This document shows, in pieces, positions 19,847 to 30,400 of a stretch of DNA of 64,000 bases. A program made the position numbers and the translations under genes. Source of the stretch: an uncultured Chloroflexia bacterium (GTDB taxonomy: Bacteria > Chloroflexota > Anaerolineae > CG2-30-64-16); contig CAVZDU010000005.1 in assembly GCA_963774265.1 (NCBI GenBank), forward strand, positions 64,001 to 128,000, read 5' to 3'. The number at the start of each line of letters is the position of its first letter. Position 1 is the stretch's first letter. The notes beneath the pieces were generated by a model. It worked only from the letters and a program-made list of their open reading frames with translations. It did no database searches and had not been told where the DNA came from.

Positions 19847-21358
19847 TCAGGCTGTGGTCAGAAATGGTCGATCCTTGGCCTTGCAGATATCCTTGATGAC
19901 GTCGCGCCCTGAGCCGGCCGCGAGCTCAATGTTCCCGCCCGGCTCAACCCACTGACCGATCATGTAGAAGTTGTCCAGACCGGGAAGGACCCTCTTCATT
20001 CCCTGGCCCATCAGCATGCTCATCTTCCGCGTGGTCATGGCCCAGCCCGCGAACGCGCCGCGCCAGTTGGCCGTGTAGCGCTCGTAGGTCATGGGCGTGG
20101 CGACGTCGATCACCTCGACCTGCGCAGCGAGGCCGGGGTAGCGAGCGTCCAGGCCGCGGATTACTTGTTGGGCGACCGCATCCTTGACCTTAAGGTATCG
20201 GTCCGGCTCGTCGCGCAGCCCATGCCAGTAAGTGTAATCGGCCTCGCACCATACGCTGAGCACGGATTTGCCCGCCGGCGCCATCGATGGGTCGAAGCAG
20301 TAATGTTTCACCACCAGCCGGTCGTGCGCCAGGTTGCCCAACAAAACCGGCTCAGCCAGTGGAAAGCTGACCGATGGAGGCTCAGCCGAGAAGTCGCGGT
20401 CAACCCCGAGCGAGATCTGCAGCAGCGACCTCGTCGGGGGTAGGGTCGTGTAGTAGTCCCGCGTCTTGTCGTCGAGATAGCGTGCATCGAGCAAATCGAA
20501 CAAAGTCGTCCGGCCGTCGCATGCGGAGATCACCAGGTCGCCGCGGTGCTCAGCGCCATCATCCGTCCGGACGCCCACCGCGCGCCCGTTCTCTACGAGA
20601 ATCTGCTCGACGCGCGACTTATACTGGATCTGCCCGCCCAACCCCTCATAGCGTTTGGCCAGCGCCTCGGCAAACGCCAGTGAGCCACCCAGCGGGTAGC
20701 CGCCTTCGTGGTCGTGCATTCCGGCGATGGAGGAGAGCATCAGCATCATCGGGAAATCAGGCCGCGAGAACTGGAAGAATTGGGGCAGCGCCTCACGGAG
20801 CAGCGGGTCTTTGAAGCGCGCGGCGAACTCGGCAACCGTCACGCGCGCCCATTGCAGCGCGGGGACGAGCACGGGCAGCATCGCCTTGCCCATCTCCAGC
20901 GACTCCAACGGGTCAGCGGGTGTGATATCAACCGGCAGATTCATCTTGCGAAACGCGTGCAGCGCATCGATGAAGTCATCGATCACAGCCTCGTCATCAG
21001 GTGACAGCTCCAGCATGTGCCGATGCAGGCGATCGGTGTCCGTATACAAGATGAAGGTCCGTCCATCCGTCCCTTCGTAGCGGGTGAACTCTTCATAGAA
21101 GTGCATGGCGCGCCCTTCGAGCAGGCCGAGCTCCTTCCAGAGCGCACTGCCGGGGATGTCCGGGTTCACGCTGGTCAACAGGCGTACTCCGCCGTCAAAG
21201 GTGTAGTGTCCCCGGCGCCAGGAGGTGCACAGGCCGCCGGGCAGGAAGTGCAGCTCGAAAATGCGCGAGGAAAAGCCGTTCATTTGGGCGTAGCAGCCGG
21301 CCGACAGCCCTGCGATGCCGGCGCCGATGATCAAGACGGATTCTGGGGACATGGGCAC
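19847..21358 (-). CDS. NAD(P)/FAD-dependent oxidoreductase, phytoene dehydrogenase-like
   Basis: IIGAGIAGL, PGGLCTSW..YTFD, ATPMTYERYT, LDNFYMIGQW. Confidence 0.9.
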   Translation of the reverse strand: MPMSPESVLIIGAGIAGLSAGCYAQMNGFSSRIFELHFLPGGLCTSWRRGHYTFDGGVRLLTSVNPDIPGSALWKELGLLEGRAMHFYEEFTRYEGTDGRTFILYTDTDRLHRHMLELSPDDEAVIDDFIDALHAFRKMNLPVDITPADPLESLEMGKAMLPVLVPALQWARVTVAEFAARFKDPLLREALPQFFQFSRPDFPMMLMLSSIAGMHDHEGGYPLGGSLAFAEALAKRYEGLGGQIQYKSRVEQILVENGRAVGVRTDDGAEHRGDLVISACDGRTTLFDLLDARYLDDKTRDYYTTLPPTRSLLQISLGVDRDFSAEPPSVSFPLAEPVLLGNLAHDRLVVKHYCFDPSMAPAGKSVLSVWCEADYTYWHGLRDEPDRYLKVKDAVAQQVIRGLDARYPGLAAQVEVIDVATPMTYERYTANWRGAFAGWAMTTRKMSMLMGQGMKRVLPGLDNFYMIGQWVEPGGNIELAAGSGRDVIKDICKAKDRPFLTTA

Positions 21359-21420
21359 GCTCCTTGCATCCTCCTATACGTCCGGCTCGCCCTTAAGTCG
21401 CGCCGGCATCAAGTGCTATC

Positions 21421-21435
21421 AAGTGCCCGGCACTT
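21421..21435. repeat. Short copy of the REP-like family, AAGTGCCCGGCACTT
   Basis: Shares GTGCCCGGCACT core with 7480 and 9343 copies. Confidence 0.55.
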
Positions 21436-21558
21436 GGCATCTCGGCAGTTCCTGTCTTCTTCTTGACAGGGCATGTGGCCTCTGCTAAGGTGAACAACCA
21501 GGTCCGGCACGCGGCGCGCGGCCGCTCGCCGGAGTTATTCGGTATCGGGAGAAGTCTT

Positions 21559-22530
21559 GTGAAAGCCGCCATCGGCAGCACTCTTTTTGTCGCTCTGCGT
21601 TCTCTGTGGCTTAACCTGGTTTTGGGTGTTTGTCTCGCTGCGTGCGCCGCGCCCGTGGCCCAAACGCCACCTGAGGCGGCAGGCCAGCCAAAAGTGCTGG
21701 CAGCAGAGACCTTCCTGGCAGATATCGCGCAAAACGTGGCGGGAGACCGCCTGACCGTTGAGGCGTTGATCCCGTTCGGCGTCGATCCTCACAGCTTTGA
21801 GCCGACGCCAACCGACGTGCGCAAGGTGGCCGACAGCACTTTGCTGATCGTCAACGGCGCCGGATTCGAGGCTTTCCTGGAGCCGTTGCTGAAGAACGCG
21901 GGCGGCCAACGGACGGTCATCGAAGCCGCCGCGGGACTGACCCCTCGCCAGCCGCAACCCGGAGAGCACCCGGAAGGCGAAGTGGACCGTGCCCATGCGG
22001 AGGGCGATCCGCATTTCTGGCTCGACCCGAGCTCCACCGTCAGGTACGCGGAGAATATTCGCGACGGGTTGACCGCGGCAGACCCCTCTGGCAAGGACGC
22101 CTACGCCGCAAACGCCGAAGCGTACATTGCGAAGCTTAAGGAGTTGGATGCCTGGATCACAGAGCAGGCGGCCACGATTCCTGAGGCACGGCGCCTGCTC
22201 GTGACGAACCACGAGAGCTTCGGCTATTTTGCGGATCGTTACGGCTTCCGGGTGGTCGGCGCAGTTATCCCCAGCGTCAGCTCCGCCGCGTCTCCGTCGG
22301 CCCAGCAGTTGGCTCACCTGGCAGATCAGGTTAAGGCAGTGGGCGCGCCCGCGGTTTTCCTGGAGGCCGGCGCCACTACACAACTGGCCGACCAGCTGGC
22401 GCGGGAAACCGGCATCAAAGTTGTGACGGACCTGCTGACCCACTCGGTCACCGCCAAGGACGGGCCGGCGCCGGATTACCTGAGCATGATGCGCTATGAC
22501 GTGAAACTTATCGTCGACGCGCTGAGGTAG
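21559..22530 (+). CDS. Zn/Mn ABC transporter substrate-binding lipoprotein
   Basis: LAAC lipobox, DPHSFEP, DPHFWLDP, TNHESFGYF; GTG start inferred. Confidence 0.92.
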   Translation: MKAAIGSTLFVALRSLWLNLVLGVCLAACAAPVAQTPPEAAGQPKVLAAETFLADIAQNVAGDRLTVEALIPFGVDPHSFEPTPTDVRKVADSTLLIVNGAGFEAFLEPLLKNAGGQRTVIEAAAGLTPRQPQPGEHPEGEVDRAHAEGDPHFWLDPSSTVRYAENIRDGLTAADPSGKDAYAANAEAYIAKLKELDAWITEQAATIPEARRLLVTNHESFGYFADRYGFRVVGAVIPSVSSAASPSAQQLAHLADQVKAVGAPAVFLEAGATTQLADQLARETGIKVVTDLLTHSVTAKDGPAPDYLSMMRYDVKLIVDALR

Positions 22531-22532
22531 GA

Positions 22533-23366
22533 GTGAGCATGGCCCTGGCAACACTGCTGAAAAGACACGAAGCGCACCGCCAAGACGCCCCCGTCGTCTC
22601 GTTCGATCATGTGAGTGTTCGGTACGACAATGACTCACCCGCGCTGGATGACGTGTCCTTCGAATTATGGCCCGGCGAGCGGGTGGCCGTGGTCGGGCCC
22701 AATGGCGCGGGCAAGAGCACGCTGCTCAAGCTTGTCGCCGGCATCCTGACGCCCACCAGCGGAAAAGCGGATGTGTACGGGTACGGCGCGGGCGGCCACA
22801 TCTGCATCGGCTACGTGCCCCAGCGTTCGAACGTCGATTGGAAGTTCCCGGTCACAGTCTCTGAGGTGGTGATGATGGGCCGCGTGGCGCAGATCGGGTT
22901 GCTGCGCCAGGCAGGTCGCCGCGACTGGGAGCGCGTGCGAGAAAGCCTCAACCAGGTCGGCATGTCAAAATTTGCAGGCCGGCAAATCGGCGATCTGTCG
23001 GGTGGACAGCAGCAGCGGGTGTTCATCGCGCGTGCGTTGGCCCAAGAGGCCGAGTTGCTGCTCATGGATGAGCCGCTTACCGGACTGGATATCCCCTCGC
23101 AAGAAGCGATCTTCGAGATTCTCGACCTTCTCAGGCAGGCGCGCATGACCGTGCTGGTGTCCACGCATGATCTGCAGCTTGCGTCGGACAAGTTTGACCG
23201 GCTGATGCTGCTCAAACGCGGCCTCATTGGTTTCGGCCACCCCAATGAGGTGTTGACTGCGGCGAATTTGCAGCGTGCGTATGGCACGCACCTGACGGTG
23301 CTGCCCGGATCGGATGGCATGTTGGCGCTCAGTGACACCTGCTGCGAGGGGGATGATCATGCTTGA
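22533..23366 (+). CDS. Metal ABC transporter ATP-binding protein
   Basis: GPNGAGKST, LSGGQQQRV, LLMDEP. Confidence 0.95.
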   Translation: MSMALATLLKRHEAHRQDAPVVSFDHVSVRYDNDSPALDDVSFELWPGERVAVVGPNGAGKSTLLKLVAGILTPTSGKADVYGYGAGGHICIGYVPQRSNVDWKFPVTVSEVVMMGRVAQIGLLRQAGRRDWERVRESLNQVGMSKFAGRQIGDLSGGQQQRVFIARALAQEAELLLMDEPLTGLDIPSQEAIFEILDLLRQARMTVLVSTHDLQLASDKFDRLMLLKRGLIGFGHPNEVLTAANLQRAYGTHLTVLPGSDGMLALSDTCCEGDDHA

Positions 23367-24213
23367 GTTCCTGCTTTCACCCCTGCGGTATGAGTTCATG
23401 GTGCGCGGATTGGTGGCGGCCGTCACGGTCGGGGTGGTATGTGCGGTGCTGGGCTCCTATGTGGTGCTCCGGGGTATGACCTTCTTCGGCGACGCCCTGG
23501 CGCACGCCATTCTGCCCGGCGTCGCGGTTGCCTACCTGTTGGGAGGCGGCGCCCAGGGGCCGTTATTTTGGGGTGGGTTGGTCGCCGGCGTGGGCACTGC
23601 GCTGGGCATCGGCGCGCTCAGCAAGACCGGCCAGGTGCGCGAGGACACAGCCATCGGAGTCATCTTTGCAGGCATGTTCGCGCTTGGCGTGGCGTTGATC
23701 TCCACCGTGCGCAACTTCAGCATTGATCTGACACATTTCATGTTCGGCAACGTGCTCGGCGTGTCGCCGGCCAACCTGCTGCTGACCTTGATCTTCGGTG
23801 GGCTGGTGCTGCTGCTCGTGGTTGCCTTCTACAAGGAGTTCCTCGTCATTTCCTTTGATCCGGTGCTGGCGCAAATCTTGCGCATCCCCGACCAGGCCTT
23901 TCGCTACCTTCTGCTGGTTATGCTTGCAGTGACCGTGGTTATTGCGCTCCAGACGGTGGGTGTAGGGCTGATGGTCGCAATGTTGGTCACCCCGGCTGCA
24001 ACTGCGTCTTTGCTGACGCGAAGGCTGCCCGTCATGATGGTCGTCGCCGCATTGGCCGGCGCTGCGTCGGCTGTTATCGGTCTGTACCTGTCGTATTACG
24101 TCAACGTGGCATCCGGCGCCGCCATTGTTCTCGTGTGCACCGCGTTCTTCCTGTTGGCTCTCGTCTTTGCCCCTGGCCGCGGCCTGCTCGCGCGCAGGTT
24201 GCTTCGGTCCTAG
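23359..24213 (+). CDS. Metal ABC transporter permease
   Basis: [26 protein letters not shown]. Confidence 0.95.
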   Translation: MLEFLLSPLRYEFMVRGLVAAVTVGVVCAVLGSYVVLRGMTFFGDALAHAILPGVAVAYLLGGGAQGPLFWGGLVAGVGTALGIGALSKTGQVREDTAIGVIFAGMFALGVALISTVRNFSIDLTHFMFGNVLGVSPANLLLTLIFGGLVLLLVVAFYKEFLVISFDPVLAQILRIPDQAFRYLLLVMLAVTVVIALQTVGVGLMVAMLVTPAATASLLTRRLPVMMVVAALAGAASAVIGLYLSYYVNVASGAAIVLVCTAFFLLALVFAPGRGLLARRLLRS

Positions 24214-24428
24214 TCGAACCGATCGCGGGCGTGCTGGGCGCGGCAGCCGTGCTGCTTGTCCGGCCGCTGCTCCCGTATGCCCTTGCCTTCGCGGCCGGCG
24301 CGATGATCTACGTGGTCGTCGAAGAGCTGATTCCGGAATCACAACGCCATGACGACACGCACATGTCCACCTGGGGCGCCATGATGGGGTTCGCCCTCAT
24401 GATGCTGCTGGATGTAGCCCTGGGCTGA
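24211..24428 (+). pseudogene. C-terminal remnant of a ZIP (ZupT/GufA) metal transporter
   Basis: [46 protein letters not shown], with no N-terminal part or start. Confidence 0.8.
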
Positions 24429-24615
24429 CCTGCGGCCGGATCCGTTTTCCGTTCGTCACAAACCACAGCCTCCGATTGTCGTCGGTCTGCACCCACACCG
24501 CTGGGTGTTGCAGGCTGACGACGCGCCCCGCCCGCCACTCTTCCATCTCATCATTTGAAAAGAGCAGATCGACGCGGTCGCCGACCTGGTAACTCTCCAC
24601 CAGCCGTTTTGCCAT
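24397..24615 (-). CDS. Small hypothetical protein (SH3/Tudor-like appearance)
   Basis: 72-aa ORF with GAGGA RBS; YQVGDRV..W..GRVV..VWVQT pattern. Confidence 0.6.
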   Translation of the reverse strand: MAKRLVESYQVGDRVDLLFSNDEMEEWRAGRVVSLQHPAVWVQTDDNRRLWFVTNGKRIRPQVSPGLHPAAS

Positions 24616-24643
24616 CAGGTCCTCGTCGTGTAGATCAGCGGGA

Positions 24644-25276
24644 TCACCTCAGCAGCTCACGGACGCTGGCTGCCACTGCTACGGCCAACTTTGGTAGTTC
24701 GCCGGCGTCCAGGTGGATACCGTCGACCTTCGATGAGACGACGTAACGCCCGGCGTCCAGGAAGCCGCAGCCGGCCTCATCTGCGGCCAATTTATAGTAG
24801 TGAGCCAGCCGCTGCGATTTTTCATCGCCTCCCGCGAACGTTTCTTCAAAGCATGTGTCCGGCACGCAGGTGGGCGGCGGTGCAATTAACAGCACCTGGG
24901 GCGCGTGGCCGTCGGGCCCGAACGTGCTGTTCTGGATCATCTCAACGAGCGTCTGTGCTGAATTCGCAATATCCGAGGCCGAAAGGCCAAACCGGTGCTT
25001 CAAGTCGTTGGTTCCCAGCATCAGGACCACCAGATCGAGGGGATGGTGTGATTCCAAAATGGGGATAAGCGTGCTTTTCCCGCTCTTGTATTCGCCTTCA
25101 ACCGGATCGGGCCAGACGGTGGTGCGGCCGTTCAGTCCTTCGGGAATGACCAGGTAGTCGGGACCAAGTTCACGGGCCAGGAGGGTCACCCAGCGTTGCT
25201 CGAGCGGGTAGCGCGCCCCTGTTATGGCATTGTAGCCCCACGTATTCGAATCGCCGTAGCAAAGGATTGTCTTCAT
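24644..25276 (-). CDS. SGNH/GDSL hydrolase
   Basis: ILCYGDSNTWG, EGLNGRTT, MLGTND, DGIH. Confidence 0.93.
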   Translation of the reverse strand: MKTILCYGDSNTWGYNAITGARYPLEQRWVTLLARELGPDYLVIPEGLNGRTTVWPDPVEGEYKSGKSTLIPILESHHPLDLVVLMLGTNDLKHRFGLSASDIANSAQTLVEMIQNSTFGPDGHAPQVLLIAPPPTCVPDTCFEETFAGGDEKSQRLAHYYKLAADEAGCGFLDAGRYVVSSKVDGIHLDAGELPKLAVAVAASVRELLR

Positions 25277-25428
25277 CGCGTCTCCTTGTGCAGAGAGAGG
25301 ATACGCAGATTGTACACCAGGCAGGCAGATTTGCGATCCCATGCGGCAACGGCTTGACGATGCGCCTCGTTCCGGTTACAATTAGCGAACAAATGAGCGA
25401 TCATGCCTTTCACTGGAAGGGTCCTGCA

Positions 25429-26862
25429 ATGGCAAAGACCAAAACCCGTTACGTCTGCTCCAATTGCGGCAGTGCTCAGCCGAAATGGATGGGACGTTGC
25501 CCTGATTGCGGCGAGTGGAACACACTGGTGGAGACGATTGTGCAAGAAGCGGCCCCAGGGCGGCCGTCGGCCACGGCCATTGCGGGAGGTGGCGCTGGCC
25601 CACAGGCCTTGCCCGATATCCCTGCCGACGGCTATGAGCGCATCCCCGTGCCGATCGGTGAACTGAGCCGGGTGTTGGGCGGCGGCATCGTACCTGGGTC
25701 GGTGGTGCTCATCAGCGGCGATCCTGGGATCGGGAAGAGTACGCTGCTGATCCAGTTGTGCGACGCGCTGGCGCGACCGGGGGACGCCACCGCGGGCGAG
25801 GGTCCGGTGTTATACGTCTCGGGCGAAGAGTCTGCCGCGCAGATCAAGCTGCGCGCGGAGCGGCTGGGCATTGTCTCCCGCGACATCCAGGTGCTGGCCG
25901 AGACACACCTGGAAACGATCTCTAACACCATCCAACAACTTCAGCCGCGCATGGTCGTCGTCGACTCTGTGCAGAGCATTTACTCCGAGATGATCCAGTC
26001 GGGCGCGGGCAGCGTGACGCAGGTCCGCGATTGCTCCGCGCACCTGCTGAGGTTGGCCAAGTCACAGACGTTTCCGCTTTTCCTGGTGGGTCACGTGACA
26101 AAGGAAGGGTCTATCGCGGGCCCCCGCGTGCTGGAGCACATGGTCGACACCGTCCTGTACCTGGAGGGCGAGCGTTTCCACTCGTTCCGCCTCCTGCGCT
26201 CTGTTAAGAACCGTTTTGGGTCGACCAACGAGGTCGGCGTCTTTGAGATGGCCGAGAGCGGGCTGGTGGAGGTAAACAATCCGTCAGAGGCATTCCTGGC
26301 CGAGCGCATCCCCAACGCGCCCGGCTCGGCTATTGCGGTCACCATGGAGGGCACGCGACCGATCCTGGTGGAGGTGCAGGCGCTTTCCAGCGCGACGACC
26401 TTCGCACAGCCCCGACGCACGGCCAACGGCGTCGACTTCAACCGGCTGCTGCTGATCACCGCGGTGCTCGCCAAGCGGGCGCGGGTGCGGCTGGGGGACC
26501 AGGACATCTTCGTCAACGTGGTCGGCGGGCTGCAGGTGGATGAGCCCGCGGTGGACCTGGCCGTGGCCGTCGCGGTGGCCTCATCGGCTCGCAACCGCCC
26601 GGTCGCGGCCGACCTGGCGCTGGTGGGTGAGGTCGGGTTGAGCGGCGAGCTGCGCAGCGTGGGACAGCTCCCCCGGCGCCTTAACGAGGCTGCGAAGCTC
26701 GGGTTCACGCGCGTGCTGGTGCCGGCCACCGCGGCGCGGAAGCTCGAACATCCCCCGGCTGGGCTACAAGTGCTCGGCGCGCGCACGCTGCGCGAGGCGC
26801 TGGAGATGGCGCTGATGGGAGGGGATGATCGGGGCAGCGCGGAGCACGAAGACGCGAAGTGA
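25429..26862 (+). CDS. radA: DNA repair protein RadA/Sms
   Basis: C4 zinc finger CSNCG..CPDC, GDPGIGKST, KNRFG, Lon-like C-terminus. Confidence 0.97.
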   Translation: MAKTKTRYVCSNCGSAQPKWMGRCPDCGEWNTLVETIVQEAAPGRPSATAIAGGGAGPQALPDIPADGYERIPVPIGELSRVLGGGIVPGSVVLISGDPGIGKSTLLIQLCDALARPGDATAGEGPVLYVSGEESAAQIKLRAERLGIVSRDIQVLAETHLETISNTIQQLQPRMVVVDSVQSIYSEMIQSGAGSVTQVRDCSAHLLRLAKSQTFPLFLVGHVTKEGSIAGPRVLEHMVDTVLYLEGERFHSFRLLRSVKNRFGSTNEVGVFEMAESGLVEVNNPSEAFLAERIPNAPGSAIAVTMEGTRPILVEVQALSSATTFAQPRRTANGVDFNRLLLITAVLAKRARVRLGDQDIFVNVVGGLQVDEPAVDLAVAVAVASSARNRPVAADLALVGEVGLSGELRSVGQLPRRLNEAAKLGFTRVLVPATAARKLEHPPAGLQVLGARTLREALEMALMGGDDRGSAEHEDAK

Positions 26863-26873
26863 AGCGAGTGGAG

Positions 26874-27080
26874 ATGAGCGGCGCCCCTTCTGAAGTCGTC
26901 GTCATCGGCAACGTGGGCATCGACACCAACATCTACCTCTGCGGCGCGGATGTCGACTGGAGTGTCGAGGCCAACTTCACGCAGAACCCGGACACTGGGC
27001 GCGCCAACTACTGACCCTGGTGCGAGTTGGGTGTCAAGATTGCCGTTGATCTGCAAGATGTCGTCACGCCCCACGATACT
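26874..27080 (+). pseudogene. Decayed 5' fragment of the PfkB kinase gene with internal deletion
   Basis: [24 protein letters not shown] then jumps to the [17 protein letters not shown] segment; matches ~47280-47385 and ~47695-47780. Confidence 0.85.
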
Positions 27081-27303
27081 GCGCGTATCCCGCAGGTTCA
27101 CTTCTGCTCCGCTCCTGTCTGCATTAATGATCCGCGTGAGAATTCTGTCCCAGCAAGACGGCTTGTCACGCCCGCGTTGCGCACTGCCCCGGGAGAGAAA
27201 ACGCACGCGACTGTGAATCCGAGGGGAGTGTGAGTACTTCTGGCAAGGCCAGTACTCACTCATCACCGTATGTCGCCACAGAGCGTTGACTCCGATCTTC
27301 AGT

Positions 27304-27332
27304 TTGCCTGCGATCGGGACTCCTTGTATAAT
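27304..27332 (+). promoter_or_regulatory. Sigma70-type promoter for the giant gene
   Basis: TTGCCT-17bp-TATAAT; hairpin GTGAGTAC..GTACTCAC at ~27230-27259 upstream. Confidence 0.6.
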
Positions 27333-27403
27333 AGCCCTCAAAGCTCCTCTCCAGTTATCACCTCGTGTTTGACCGACGGCTTTTTCTGCATTGGAGGTCA
27401 ACG

Positions 27404-30400
27404 ATGACTAGGCGTCTTCTCAGCCTGCTGGTGCTTCTGGCTTTACTACCCCCTTCTGTCGCACTCTACTCGGCCGCTCAAGAGGCGCAGAACACCAATT
27501 CCAAGAACTCGGGTTCAAGCCCGGTCATGTTTATCGAAAATGTCGGCCAATGGGAGGCTGGCGCGCGTTTCCAGGTTTGGGGCGGCGGCACTATCCTTTG
27601 GCTGGCAGATGATGCACTTTGGCTCACGGTGGTCGAGCAGTCGACTGACGATGCGGCGAATTCTCGCGCTGATCCGCCGGCACGATTCGGGCCGAACCGC
27701 GTTAACGCTGAACGAGCCAACGAATCCCGACTGGCCTCCAATATCAAGATATCCTTCGCAGGGGCAAATCCGCACCCACCTGTCGAAACGTTCGACCGGC
27801 TGGATACTGTTGTCAGCTACTTCATCGGCAATGACCCGACTCAATGGCGGCCGGACGTGCCGGTATGGGGCGGCGTGCGTTACGTGGATCTGTACCCCGG
27901 CGTCGATTTGGAGATCACGAGCGAAGACGGGCAGTTGGTCCAAAGATTGGCGGCGCGCCCCGGCGCGGACCTGACGGTGGTGCAACTGCAGGTGGAGGGT
28001 GCGGATGCTGTGACGGCGGACGGGGACGCGCTGCACCTGAGCACCGATGCGGGCAACGTGATCCTGCCCATGTTGCGGGTGGACGGGCTGCAGGTTGCTG
28101 GCACGCAAGTACAGCCGCGCGGCACGCAGGCGTTCAGAATCGCCGCGCCCTTTGAGGTTTCAAATGCTAATTCCGCTTCCCGACCAGTCATGCCCGAAGG
28201 TGCTGGGTCGGCAACCACAAATCCCGCTCCGCGGGACGCAATCAGTCCACAATCCCTCGCCGACAACCCCGCTGACGTCCTCTACGCCACCTTCCTGGGC
28301 GGGAGTGGGGATGAATACGGCATGGGCATTGCCGTGGACGGAGCGGGCAGCGCCTACGTGACGGGCTACACTTCTTCCACTGATTTCCCAACCACGCCGG
28401 GCGCCTTCGACACGAGCTACAGCGGTGGTGCCGACGCCTTCGTGGTCAAGTTGAATGCGGCCGGCAGCCGGCTGACCTATGCCACCTTCCTGGGCGGCAG
28501 TGGGGATGACGGAAGCTTTGACATCGCCGTGGACGGAGCGGGCAGCGCCTACGTGACGGGCGTCACTTCTTCCACTGACTTTCCGACCACGGCGGGCGCC
28601 TTCGATACGAGCTACAACGGTGGTTCCTACGACGCCTTCGTGGTCAAGTTGAATGCGGCCGGCGGTGGGCTGACCTATGCCACCTTCCTGGGCGGCAGTG
28701 GGGATGAATACGGCATGGGCATTGCCGTGGACGGAGCGGGCAGCGCCTATGTGACGGGAATCACTTCTTCCACTGACTTTCCGACCACGGCGGGCGCCTT
28801 CGATACGAGCTACAGCGGTGGTTCCTACGATGCGTTTGTGGTCAAGTTGAATGCGGCCGGCAGTGGGCTGACCTATGCCACCTTCCTGGGCGGCAGTGGG
28901 GATGAATTCGGCATGGGCATGGGCATGGGCATTGCCGTGGACGGAGCGGGCAGCGCCTATGTGACGGGAATCACTTCTTCCACTGACTTTCCGACCACGG
29001 CGGGTGCCTTCGACACGAGCTACAGCGGTGGTTCCTACGACGCGTTCATGGTCAAGTTGGATGCGGCCGGCAGCCGGCTGACCTATGCCACCTTCCTGGG
29101 CGGCAGTGGGGATGACGAAAGCTCTGACATTGCCGTGGACGGAGCGGGCAGCGCCTACGTGACGGGCTACACTTCTTCCACTGACTTTCCGACCACGGCG
29201 GGCGCCTTCGACACGAGCTACAGCGGTGGCGCCGACGCGTTCGTGGTCAAGTTGGATGCGGCCGGCAGTGGGCTGACCTATGCCACCTTCCTGGGTGGGA
29301 GTGGGGATGAATTCGGCATGGGCATGGGCCTTGCCGTGGACGGAGCGGGCAGCGCCTACGTGACGGGCTACACTTCTTCCACTGACTTTCCGACCACGGC
29401 GGGCGCCTTCGATACGAGCTACAGCGGTGGTTCCTACGACGCGTTTATGGTCAAGTTGGATGCGGCCGGCGGTGGGCTGACCTATGCCACCTTCCTGGGC
29501 GGCAGTGGGGATGAATACGGCATGGGCATGGGCCTTGCCGTGGACGGAGCGGGCAGCGCCTATGTGACGGGAATCACTTCTTCCACTGACTTTCCGACCA
29601 CGGCGGGTGCCTTCGACACGAGCTACAGCGGTGGCGCCGACGCGTTCGTGGTGAAGTTCGCGGAAGGGCTTGAGAGCGATGATGTGGTGCAGGTCACCAA
29701 TACTAATGGCGACAACAATCCCGCGCTTGTCCAGGCTTCAGATGGCAAACTGTGGCTTTTCTTCAACTCTTATCGGGACAATGGCTGGGACTATCTGTGG
29801 TCCCAGACCAGCACCGACGGCGGCGCGACATGGTCGTCAGCCTCAGCGTTTACCCAGATCTTTGATGACGACTATGACCCGGCTGCTGCCAGCTCCGACG
29901 ACGGGGAGCTGTATGTTGTCTGGCGACGCACGGAGGGCGGCAACAATGTCTGGTTTAGATCAAGCACCGACAACGGCGCCATCTGGTCCACAGCCACGCG
30001 CCTGACGACCGATCCCGCCGGCGACTACTTTCCCGACATCATTCAGGCAACCGACGGCAAGCTGTGGGTCGTCTGGCAATCGGATCGCTCCGGCAACAAC
30101 GACATCTGGTACAAGACCAGCACCGATGCCGGCGCTACCTGGTCGTCCGACACCCAACTCACTGCCTCGACTGAGAGCGAGATCCTGCCGACCATCGCCC
30201 AAGCGGCCGACGGTAAGCTCTGGATCGTTTGGACGCGCAGCGGCCGGCTCTGGTATCAAACGAGCGACGACGGCGGCGCAACCTGGGCATCCGAAGCGGA
30301 GATTCCCGATACCTGCTGCTACGACCACTATGCCAATCTCGTTACAGCGCAGGATGGCACACTCTGGCTGGCCGATGAACGAGCTGGCGACATATGGTAT

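Noticed and set aside
28280-29660. CRISPR array or DGR template/variable repeats
   Set aside because: Repeats are in-frame protein blades without unique spacers; differences are not adenine-specific; no cas or reverse transcriptase gene in the window.
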